A stretch of DNA of 15,190 nucleotides from NCBI GenBank assembly GCA_964450845.1, contig CAYVGZ010000038.1, positions 1 through 15,190 on the forward strand. The letters run 5' to 3'. This document shows, piece after piece, positions 6,904 to 14,515 of this stretch. Positions within the stretch are counted from its first letter, which is position 1; each line of letters begins with the position of its first letter. Source of the stretch: an uncultured Candidatus Bathyarchaeia archaeon. GTDB lineage: Archaea > Thermoproteota > Bathyarchaeia > Bathyarchaeales > Bathycorpusculaceae. The notes under the pieces are model-generated. The model was not told the origin of the DNA. It made no database searches and worked only from the letters and a program-made list of their open reading frames with translations. Both the position numbers and the translations under genes were made by a program.

Positions 6904-8980
6904 TTTTTTTCCTCCTTTCCTCTTTTAGTGGGCACTTCGGATTGAAACATAGTGTCCACGGATGTCTTCCCTGTATTCGAACCTGAACCGTAGGCCAACC
7001 GCACCCACGACAGTTCTTTCCAAGCGGTCTAACGGTGCCTTTCTGTGGAAGTGGGAATGATGCTTTACATAGTCCTTTGAAGTAGTTTGTGCATCCAATG
7101 AAACGTTTGCCAGTTTTCCTCGAATAGATCATCATGAGTTTTCCTGTGTTACAGATGGGGCAGATGCCAATGGTTCTTTCTTCAAGTTTTGCCTTTTTTA
7201 TGGCGTTGCTTAGTTGTTCGCCGATTATCCTCTCTTTTTCTTTTAACTCGTCTGTTGCGGGTTTAAGGATTTCAACAGCTTCCAGAAGAATATTTTCTCT
7301 TTTTTCGCCGTTTGCTTGAATCTTATTCATTTTTTCTTCAAGTTCTTTTGTTAGTTTTATTGAAACAACCGTTGGGCAATATTTTTCCAAAACCTCAAGA
7401 ACCTCGAAGCCTAAATCTGTTACAATCATTCTTTCGTCTCTAGCATATTTTCTGTCATATAGTGTCTGTAAAATAGCCGCCCTTGTGGCTTTTGTTCCGA
7501 TTTCTGCTTCTTCCATTTTTTTAAGGAGACTACTTGGGTTATATCGTGGTGGCGGTTTAGCGAACTTGTCCTCCAAAATTACTTTTTTGATGTTGATCGT
7601 TTGTCCCTCTTCTATTTGGGGTAATAAAACTTCTTCTGACCTTATGTAAGGTCCATAGAATCGTAGCCAACCTTCCTTTAAAGTTTGTCTTCCCCTTAGG
7701 TAAAAGCGATGCCCATTTACATTAATGCAGACTTTGATGCTTTGTCTTATGGCTGGTTCGCCAAAAACCGCCATAAACCTTCGAATGACAAGGTCCCAAA
7801 TGTTTCTTTCAGAAGTGTCTAGAACCCTTTCTGGCAATTTTCCAGTTGGATATATGGCTGGATGTGCTGGGTCTTCCTTCTTTCCTTCATTGGGCTTCAA
7901 TTCTGTTTTTGCAAGAAGTTCCGTTGCAGGTTTCTTATATTCAGGAACTTTGTTTAGGTTTTTCAGTATTGCCTCATAATTTATTGCTGGCGGGAGTTTT
8001 TGACTGCTTGTTCTCGGGTAAGAGATTAAGGCGTCTAGGTATAAGCGTTGAGCGATGTTTGAGGTTCGCATTGGTGTATAACCGAAGAGGCTGTAGGCTT
8101 CGCTTTGAAGGGTGCCTAAATCAAAGGGCACTGGTGGCATTTGCTGAAATTTTTTAACATCTATTTTCTCTGTTTTCCCGTCTTTTCCCTTACAGTTGTC
8201 AACTATCGTGTTTGCTTCCATTTTGGTTTCGATGATTTTCTTTTCGTATCCCGCCTCGAAAATTGAACCAGCTATATCGATTTCTGCTATTACGCTCCAG
8301 TAAGGGGTTGGCACGAAACATCTGATTGCTTTTTCTCTAGCCACGAGGAATCTGAGCGTTGGACCTTGTACTCTTCCAGTGCTTAACGTTGTATATTTTC
8401 CACTCCAATCCCTTGCCGCTATTGTTAATGCCCGTGAAAGGTTTATACCATAGAGCCAGTCAATTTCGTGTCTTGCGCGTCCAGCTTCTATTAGAGCAAA
8501 ATCCAAATGTGGCAACAGTTCAGCATAGGATTTCTCTAGTTCCTCTGTGGTTAGGGTGGAGTATTTCATGCGTTTTGAAATGCGTTCTTTGTTGTTGCAT
8601 GCGTATTTTAGTAAGCAATATCCGATAATGCTTCCTTCAATGTCGTAGTCACATGCGTCAATAAACATGTCAGCGTCATTTGCAAATTTTGAAATTGTTT
8701 CAAGCCATTTGCGGGTTTGTTTTGCATCTTTTTCGGCGTCATGCCTTGGCACCCATTCAAAATTGAAAATAGGGTAATAGTTTCTTCCGCTTCTTTCTGC
8801 AGCAACCGTGTATAAATGTCCCAAAGCTGGAATAACAACTATCTCCTTATCCCGTTTTGCCACATAATATGGTACTCCATTATGCTCCATTTTCTTTGCT
8901 TTTCCTTGTGCGTCAAGGGCAGAGGTTATTCTTTGCGCTGCATCTGGCTTTTCAGTGATGATTAGCGTGTACTTTTCCAT
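6893..8980 (-). CDS. topA: Type IA DNA topoisomerase with C-terminal Zn ribbons
   Basis: TOPRIM motifs ITEKP, GHL and DACDYDIEG; STGRVQGPTL; active-site ISYPRT; AHPAIYPT; IGTKATR; C-terminal CPIC...CTNY...C...CRGC...C.NPKC. The likely start is ATG 8980 (MEKYTLIITEKP), not 9037. Confidence 0.95.
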   Translation of the reverse strand: MEKYTLIITEKPDAAQRITSALDAQGKAKKMEHNGVPYYVAKRDKEIVVIPALGHLYTVAAERSGRNYYPIFNFEWVPRHDAEKDAKQTRKWLETISKFANDADMFIDACDYDIEGSIIGYCLLKYACNNKERISKRMKYSTLTTEELEKSYAELLPHLDFALIEAGRARHEIDWLYGINLSRALTIAARDWSGKYTTLSTGRVQGPTLRFLVAREKAIRCFVPTPYWSVIAEIDIAGSIFEAGYEKKIIETKMEANTIVDNCKGKDGKTEKIDVKKFQQMPPVPFDLGTLQSEAYSLFGYTPMRTSNIAQRLYLDALISYPRTSSQKLPPAINYEAILKNLNKVPEYKKPATELLAKTELKPNEGKKEDPAHPAIYPTGKLPERVLDTSERNIWDLVIRRFMAVFGEPAIRQSIKVCINVNGHRFYLRGRQTLKEGWLRFYGPYIRSEEVLLPQIEEGQTINIKKVILEDKFAKPPPRYNPSSLLKKMEEAEIGTKATRAAILQTLYDRKYARDERMIVTDLGFEVLEVLEKYCPTVVSIKLTKELEEKMNKIQANGEKRENILLEAVEILKPATDELKEKERIIGEQLSNAIKKAKLEERTIGICPICNTGKLMMIYSRKTGKRFIGCTNYFKGLCKASFPLPQKGTVRPLGKNCRGCGWPTVQVRIQGRHPWTLCFNPKCPLKEERRKKIEL

Positions 8981-9142
8981 TTTTGCACAAACCATGTAAG
9001 CGTAATGAAATGCTGGTTTTCCAGAATTAATTGTCATCTAAAATTAAAGTTTTGTGCCGAATTGTAGGGTGACAAATTCTGATTAGCAACCAATAAATAT
9101 GCCGTAGATGCTTATTTCTTACGTTGTGTGGAGTGTGTGGAT

Positions 9143-9307
9143 TTGCCCCAACGTGTTGTATGCCAACAATGTGGCTGCGTTTTATATGATGGTGCTGAAC
9201 TAAGACCACCCGACGAAATTTTACATGAGCATAATGGGAAATGCCCAAAGTGCGGCAAGAAACTTGCACTGATACCCATTAATGTCGAAGTAAAGCCAAT
9301 AAAATAA
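9143..9307 (+). CDS. Small Zn-ribbon protein (54 aa), absent from the ORF track
   Basis: Manual translation from TTG 9143 to TAA 9305-9307 gives (M)PQRVVCQQCGCVLYDGAELRPPDEILHEHNGKCPKCGKKLALIPINVEVKPIK. It has two CxxC pairs and an SD-like GGAGTG at 9130-9135. Confidence 0.82.
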   Translation: MPQRVVCQQCGCVLYDGAELRPPDEILHEHNGKCPKCGKKLALIPINVEVKPIK

Positions 9308-9332
9308 GATGTTGGCGCAGGAGCGAAAGATT

Positions 9333-10475
9333 TTGGCAGAAAAAATTCGCAGAATCCAACTTTATGGAGTGCATCAGCAAATCGCGAAATTGACGGTTTT
9401 TGCTGGTTTTGAAATGCCCATATGGTATAAGGGCGTAATACCCGAACATTTGACAGTGCGAAACAGCGTTGGCATTTTTGATATCTCCCACATGGGACGG
9501 GTAATAATTAATGGCGCTGACTCTGAACGTTTCCTAAACTACGTGATAACAAACGATGTTTCTAGGCTGGCGCCTAATAGTGCCCAATATTCAGTCATGT
9601 GTAATGAAAACGGCGGCGTAATAGATGACTTTGTGATATACAAGTTGGAAAAGGAAAAGTTCTTGATGGTTTCCAACGCAACCAACAGAGAAAAAGATTA
9701 CAATTGGCTGGTTACAAATGCTAAAGGTTTCAACGTAAAAATCGAAGAAATTTCAGACGACGTGACAATGTTCGCAGTTCAAGGTCCAAACGCTGAAGAA
9801 ACCCTTCAAAAAATTTCTACAGAAGATTTAAGCAAAATTGAACGGTTCAAATGTGCCCATTCACGATTGGCAAATGTCGATGCTTTTCTCTCTCGAACAG
9901 GGTACACAGGCGAGGATGGATTCGAAGTTTTCATATGGAATGCCTCTTTAACAAATCCAGATAAGGCTATAAAGTTGTGGAATGCAATCCTCGAAGCTGG
10001 CAAAACCTTCGGAATAGAACCATGCGGATTGGGAGCAAGAGACACATTAAGGCTTGAAGCTGGAATGTGCCTGTATGGAAACGACATTGATGAAAACACG
10101 ACTCCTTTAGAAGCCGTGCTAGGTTTTGTTGTGAAACTTCAGAAGGAAAACTTCATAGGAAAGGAGGCGTTGCTGAAACAGAAGAATGAAGGAATTAAAC
10201 GCAAACGTGTCGGAATACGGATAATCGAGCAGGGAATACCACGACCAAACTATGAAATCTACAGCGATAAAGGTGAAAATATAGGACGCATAACGAGCGG
10301 AACATTTTCGCCACTGCTTAAATGTGGCGTAGGAATGGCTTATATTCAAACTTCCCAAGCTCAAGAGGGAAACATCATAAATGTGAAGATACGCGATAAG
10401 CTGGCAAAGGGAAAAATTGTGCCTTTTCCGTTTTATGACGCTGAAAATTACGGTTACAAGCGGAAAACTACTTGA
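9333..10475 (+). CDS. gcvT: Glycine cleavage system aminomethyltransferase T
   Basis: FAGFEMPIWY, IFDISHMG, GGVIDD, AVQGP, SRTGYTGEDGFE, GLGARDTLRLEAG, ITSGTFSP. The start is TTG 9333 (AGGAG at 9319-9323) or ATG 9309. Confidence 0.95.
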   Translation: MAEKIRRIQLYGVHQQIAKLTVFAGFEMPIWYKGVIPEHLTVRNSVGIFDISHMGRVIINGADSERFLNYVITNDVSRLAPNSAQYSVMCNENGGVIDDFVIYKLEKEKFLMVSNATNREKDYNWLVTNAKGFNVKIEEISDDVTMFAVQGPNAEETLQKISTEDLSKIERFKCAHSRLANVDAFLSRTGYTGEDGFEVFIWNASLTNPDKAIKLWNAILEAGKTFGIEPCGLGARDTLRLEAGMCLYGNDIDENTTPLEAVLGFVVKLQKENFIGKEALLKQKNEGIKRKRVGIRIIEQGIPRPNYEIYSDKGENIGRITSGTFSPLLKCGVGMAYIQTSQAQEGNIINVKIRDKLAKGKIVPFPFYDAENYGYKRKTT

Positions 10476-10516
10476 AATATCAGAAGCCATTCCAGCTTCG
10501 CTTTTTATTCGTTTTT

Positions 10517-10530
10517 GGAAAGGTATATAA
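10517..10530 (+). promoter_or_regulatory. Putative BRE/TATA promoter for aglB
   Basis: A purine-rich GGAAAG followed by TATATAA (10524-10530), about 60 nt upstream of ATG 10593. T-rich tracts just upstream may terminate gcvT. Confidence 0.55.
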
Positions 10531-10592
10531 CATTCGTTAACCGTAAGGGAAATAAAACACTTCAATAATCTTGTAAGAGAGATGGACTCGAA

Positions 10593-12845
10593 ATGAGGAT
10601 TAGAGAAATCCTATCGAAAGAACATGTTGTCAACGGTCTGAAAAGCTTAGGAAAACTGCGAATTAAAATAAGCCATGGGTCAGTAATCACTTTTTCAGCA
10701 TTGCTACTCATACTTTTCGTAGCTTTCATTATACGCCTATTTCCAATAAAATGGGAAATACAAGCCGGTTCAATACACCTCTCAGAGTTTGATCCTTACT
10801 TTCAATATCGTTTCACAGAATACGTAGTAAACAACGGGTTTATCTCATGGGTTTGGCCATCCCCTGGATGGTATGACACGCAACGCTGGTACCCAAGTGG
10901 AATACACGCAACAACGGGATATCCAGGATTACCGTTTACAACAGCGTTTTTCTATAAAATAGTTTCAGCGTTGGGTGTAAATATTGAACTAATGGATTTC
11001 TGTGCACTTTTTCCACCCATAATGGGTATGCTGGCTTGCTTAGCAATGTATTTTTTGGGCAAGGACATTGGCGGAAAACCAGTTGGACTATTTGCATCCC
11101 TCTTTTTAGCCTTGAGTCCTTCCTACATTCAACGAACGTCCCTTGGGTTTTTTGATGACGAAACAATCGGAATATTTGCCCTTGTGCTGTTTGCATTCTT
11201 GTTTTTAAGAGCGATTGAAGAAAACAAGCCTCTGTCCTCATCTGTGAAATATGCAGTTGGCTCCGGATTGACTTTGGGGTATTTCTGCGCTGGATGGGGT
11301 GCCGCATACTACCCTCTCGGCCTTACTGTTCTTTTTGTTTTTGTGTTAATTTTGCTTAAAAGATACACGCAACAGTTGCTTCTGTCATATAGTTTAACTT
11401 TTGGATTAGGGTTATTTATTGCGATAAATGTTCCCAGACTCACGCCTTCCTATCTAACTACAATCGCCATTTTGCCTGTTGCAGGCGTATTCGTATTGCT
11501 CTGTTTCTGTGAAGTTCTCAAAGTTTTGACATCTGCAAGATCGAAGAGCATTTTTGCGATAGTTCTTCTGGGTGCACTGATTGGCGGCTTTGTTGTGATG
11601 TGGCAGCTTGGCTACATGCGAAGTATAGGATCAAAGTTTATCTCGGTTATTGACCCAATTATGCGGGCAGCCTCTCCACTTACAGAATCTGTCGCGGAAC
11701 ATCGAATAACAGCTTGGGGCTCCATATATTACGAGTTTGGCATAGGAATAATATTCTTTATAGCAGGCTTTTTTTTCATTTTGAGAAATCTTAGTAACAG
11801 AAACCTATTTCTCTTACTTTTTGGTCTAACATCCCTTTACTTCGCCGGTTCCATGGTGCGATTGCTCGTACTTGTAGCTCCAGCCATCAGCCTTCTGGCA
11901 GCTATTGGAATAATAGGAATATTAAAACCCTTTATCACATTGTTGAAGGAGCCACCTAAAATCTTAACGAAAAAAAAGTACAGCTTGGAACATGTTGGAA
12001 AAGAGTTTAGCGGGACCACAATCTTCTTAATTTTCATTATTTTAATGACAAACTTTGCCTTTTCACCTCAATCTGGCGGCATGCCTAGAGTATATAGGCA
12101 AGCCTACGTTCCAGTCACTATTTCCGCGAGTAGTCTTTCGTTAGTACCTAACCAGCCTGTAACAGCGTGGATGGATTCGTTGGAATGGATGAAAAATAAT
12201 CTTTCGCCTACGACCGCTGTTTGTAGCTGGTGGGACTATGGATATTGGCTAACAATCCTTGGCAATGTAACGTCTCTTGCCGACAACGCTACAGTAAATA
12301 GGACTCAGATAGGACTAATAGGAAGAGTGTATGTTTCGAATGAGGCTCAAGCAGTGAGAATACTTAAAGAACAATTTAACGGTCCTCATGGATCCCCTAC
12401 CTACATTTTGGTATTCGTAACATTCTATAGCACAGGCCAAGATGGTAATGCTGGGGGGGATGAAGGGAAGTGGATGTGGATGGCAAGAATCGCTAACTCG
12501 TCTAGAGCAGTTCGAGAATTATACGAGCAAGAATGGGGCGTATGGGAATATAATGAATGGGGAGCTGGCATGCAAAACAACACTTTTGGGAGCTATAATT
12601 CTACATCTGGCTTGTTCGAATGGAATAGTGTGGGAACAAACACGACGATTTACAAATTGATGGAGAACGCAAAAAGCTTTCAAATTTCAGGATACACTGC
12701 TCCTACACTTACATATTTCAAGAATCCGCGATTCTTCGGAGGTGAGGTAGCCTCGTATACAACAACATCAGGAACTACTGTGTATCTGGACGCGTTGGTA
12801 TGCCTATATGAAGTGGACTATGAAAAGTACGACTTAGACCACTAG
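10593..12845 (+). CDS. aglB: Oligosaccharyltransferase catalytic subunit AglB/STT3
   Basis: 750 aa with many TM segments. Motifs: EFDPYF, YPGL, YIQRT..GFFDDE, SVAEH, WWDYG, DNATVN and DEGKWMWMARIA (DK motif). Confidence 0.95.
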   Translation: MRIREILSKEHVVNGLKSLGKLRIKISHGSVITFSALLLILFVAFIIRLFPIKWEIQAGSIHLSEFDPYFQYRFTEYVVNNGFISWVWPSPGWYDTQRWYPSGIHATTGYPGLPFTTAFFYKIVSALGVNIELMDFCALFPPIMGMLACLAMYFLGKDIGGKPVGLFASLFLALSPSYIQRTSLGFFDDETIGIFALVLFAFLFLRAIEENKPLSSSVKYAVGSGLTLGYFCAGWGAAYYPLGLTVLFVFVLILLKRYTQQLLLSYSLTFGLGLFIAINVPRLTPSYLTTIAILPVAGVFVLLCFCEVLKVLTSARSKSIFAIVLLGALIGGFVVMWQLGYMRSIGSKFISVIDPIMRAASPLTESVAEHRITAWGSIYYEFGIGIIFFIAGFFFILRNLSNRNLFLLLFGLTSLYFAGSMVRLLVLVAPAISLLAAIGIIGILKPFITLLKEPPKILTKKKYSLEHVGKEFSGTTIFLIFIILMTNFAFSPQSGGMPRVYRQAYVPVTISASSLSLVPNQPVTAWMDSLEWMKNNLSPTTAVCSWWDYGYWLTILGNVTSLADNATVNRTQIGLIGRVYVSNEAQAVRILKEQFNGPHGSPTYILVFVTFYSTGQDGNAGGDEGKWMWMARIANSSRAVRELYEQEWGVWEYNEWGAGMQNNTFGSYNSTSGLFEWNSVGTNTTIYKLMENAKSFQISGYTAPTLTYFKNPRFFGGEVASYTTTSGTTVYLDALVCLYEVDYEKYDLDH

Positions 12846-12866
12846 GAAATTGCAGAGGTTTGAATT

Positions 12867-13739
12867 TTGTTTCCCAAAGTTTCTGACAATCATAAGACGA
12901 ACAAGCCTTTAGTTCCGAACGGGTTAGGCGTAATATTTGTCATAGTGAGCGCAACCTATCTCTTTCTATTATATTATAATTTCCAATTAACAAAGGATTT
13001 TGATAATGCTTCTCGAGCGTTAACTTTGGCTGTTTGTGTCTTATTTGGAGGTTTTATGGGTTTGCTTGATGATTGGATGGATTTGCGGTGGCGTTATAAG
13101 GCTTTCTTTCCGCTAATAGCTGCAATACCACTTATTTCCTTAGCCATAAGTCTCGGATTGCGTACACATATGACGGTTCCAGTTTTTGGCACAATAAATT
13201 TTCATGACTCTTATTATTTCCTAATTATTCCGCTAATTGTAACCGTAACTACTAACACTGTGAATCAGCTTGGAGGTTTGAACGGTTTAGAAACAATATG
13301 TCCCGCAATAGTCATAATTGGACTAATGGCTGTCTCAGGATCGAACGCTGTTCTATTATACGTTCCCTTAATCGTGTGGCTTTTGCTCGCCTTTTTTAAT
13401 TTTCAAGGCAAAATTTTCGTTGGCAACACCGGGTCTTTTGCCATTGGAATGACCTTGGCTTCATTTGCAATTATTTCAGATACAAAAACTGTTCTGCTGA
13501 TTTCCATTTTGCCTTACATTTTTAACTCTTCCCTGATTTTGTTGACTTATTTCTTTTTCAGAAAAAAGGCAGCTGTCTCTTTTGATGGTAAAAAACTGTT
13601 TTCGGACCACAGAAGGAGTCTTATTACCCTTGTTACTCATCATCGTCACTTGACTGAGCGGCAGGTAGTTGTAATAATTTCACTTTTGGTGGCGGTTTCA
13701 ACTTCTGCTGCTTTGTTCGTTCAATGGCTGTTGATATAG
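12867..13739 (+). CDS. Polyprenyl-phosphate HexNAc-1-phosphate transferase (GPT/AglH/DPAGT1; MraY/WecA superfamily)
   Basis: KPLVPNGLG, GLLDD...WRYK, NTVNQLGGLNGLE, KIFVGNTGS and DHRR. SD GAGGT (12855-12859) precedes the TTG, and an in-frame TGA at 12861 fixes the start. Confidence 0.87.
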   Translation: MFPKVSDNHKTNKPLVPNGLGVIFVIVSATYLFLLYYNFQLTKDFDNASRALTLAVCVLFGGFMGLLDDWMDLRWRYKAFFPLIAAIPLISLAISLGLRTHMTVPVFGTINFHDSYYFLIIPLIVTVTTNTVNQLGGLNGLETICPAIVIIGLMAVSGSNAVLLYVPLIVWLLLAFFNFQGKIFVGNTGSFAIGMTLASFAIISDTKTVLLISILPYIFNSSLILLTYFFFRKKAAVSFDGKKLFSDHRRSLITLVTHHRHLTERQVVVIISLLVAVSTSAALFVQWLLI

Positions 13740-13926
13740 CTATTTGTTCTAAATGGTGATATGCTTATTATCATGGTTCAGTAGAAGGCGTAATTGTAGA
13801 AGGCAGTAACAGAAGCAACGTATGCTGTGACGGTTCAACCCGAAACCATAGAAGAAATAGGCGAGTTAGCGTTTCTCGTGAATGGCTTTCAGTAACATTA
13901 ATAGCCTAGGATTATGTGCATAGAAA

Positions 13927-13988
13927 GGGTTGGCGGGTGAGTGGGCCTCCACCCGTTCCGCCACTACAAACCCCGGCGTAGGAGGTGA
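13927..13988 (+). promoter_or_regulatory. Candidate structured 5' leader with an anti-SD sequence upstream of queT
   Basis: A GC-rich island with several perfect helices, plus GCCTCC (13945-13950) complementary to the SD GGAGGT (13981-13986). A TATA-like TTAATA lies at 13898-13903. Confidence 0.5.
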
Positions 13989-13992
13989 AAAA

Positions 13993-14496
13993 TTGAAATT
14001 TGACACTGAAGATTTGGCTTTAGCTGCGGTTTTCGCTGCGCTATATGCTGCGGGAGTTATTTTTCTGGCGCCTATAAGCTTTGGAGTCTATCAGGTTAGG
14101 GTTGCTGATGCTTTACTGCCATTATCAATGATTTTCGGGATGCCTGTTGCTATTGGATCAGGTTTAGGGTGCTTAGTTGCAAATGTCTATGGTGGCTTGG
14201 GCATCGTCGATATTGTTGGCGGAGCAGTTGCAAACTTTGTGGCGTGCACTTTGGCATGGTATGTTGGCAGAGGTGGGATTGTGCGTAGGTTTCTGGGATG
14301 TTTTGTTGAGACAGTAGTTATAACAGCGATTGTTGGTGGTTATTTGTCGCTTATATTTGGCGTCCCAGTTGAGCTTGGATTATTTGGCATCTTTGTTGGT
14401 TCCATCGTAGCAATAAACATTTTAGGCTTTGCGCTTGTAGAGGTTTTGCACCGAAGCGGCGTAGTGAAAAAACATGCTGAAAAGTATCCACCGTAA
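13993..14496 (+). CDS. queT: QueT-family transporter (ECF S-component-like; putative 7-deazaguanine precursor uptake)
   Basis: AAVFAALY, APISFGVYQVRVADAL, GCLVAN and GIVDIVGG fit the QueT pattern (AALY..PISFG..QFR.SEAL..GC..AN..G..D). A strong SD (GGAGGTGA) supports TTG 13993 over the track's start at 13930. Confidence 0.82.
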   Translation: MKFDTEDLALAAVFAALYAAGVIFLAPISFGVYQVRVADALLPLSMIFGMPVAIGSGLGCLVANVYGGLGIVDIVGGAVANFVACTLAWYVGRGGIVRRFLGCFVETVVITAIVGGYLSLIFGVPVELGLFGIFVGSIVAINILGFALVEVLHRSGVVKKHAEKYPP

Positions 14497-14515
14497 AGAA
14501 GCGTACAGTGCGGTT

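Noticed and set aside
9027-9269. 80-aa minus-strand ORF rich in His
   Set aside because: It is antisense to the better-supported Zn-ribbon gene (9143..9307) and has no motif.
11970-12459. A8 (11970-11977) and G7 (12453-12459) runs in aglB as possible phase-variation sites
   Set aside because: The frame is intact, the runs are short, and similar A/T runs are common across the window.
13781-13816. Short repeats as a possible CRISPR remnant
   Set aside because: The units are 9 nt or shorter with no spacer-sized gaps, and no cas genes are present.
13826-13846. GGTTCAACCC, a tRNA T-loop-like sequence
   Set aside because: There is no full T-stem, acceptor stem or anticodon arm around it.
13935-13980. 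Resemblance of GGTGAGTGGGCCTCCACC...CCGCC to the fluoride riboswitch 5' part
   Set aside because: The conserved AACCGC and downstream GCUGAUGAC...UAC elements are absent, and the gene is not crcB/eriC.
13930-13992. N-terminal extension of QueT (MAGEWASTRSATT...)
   Set aside because: It is non-homologous sequence spanning the structured leader. A strong SD points to TTG 13993.
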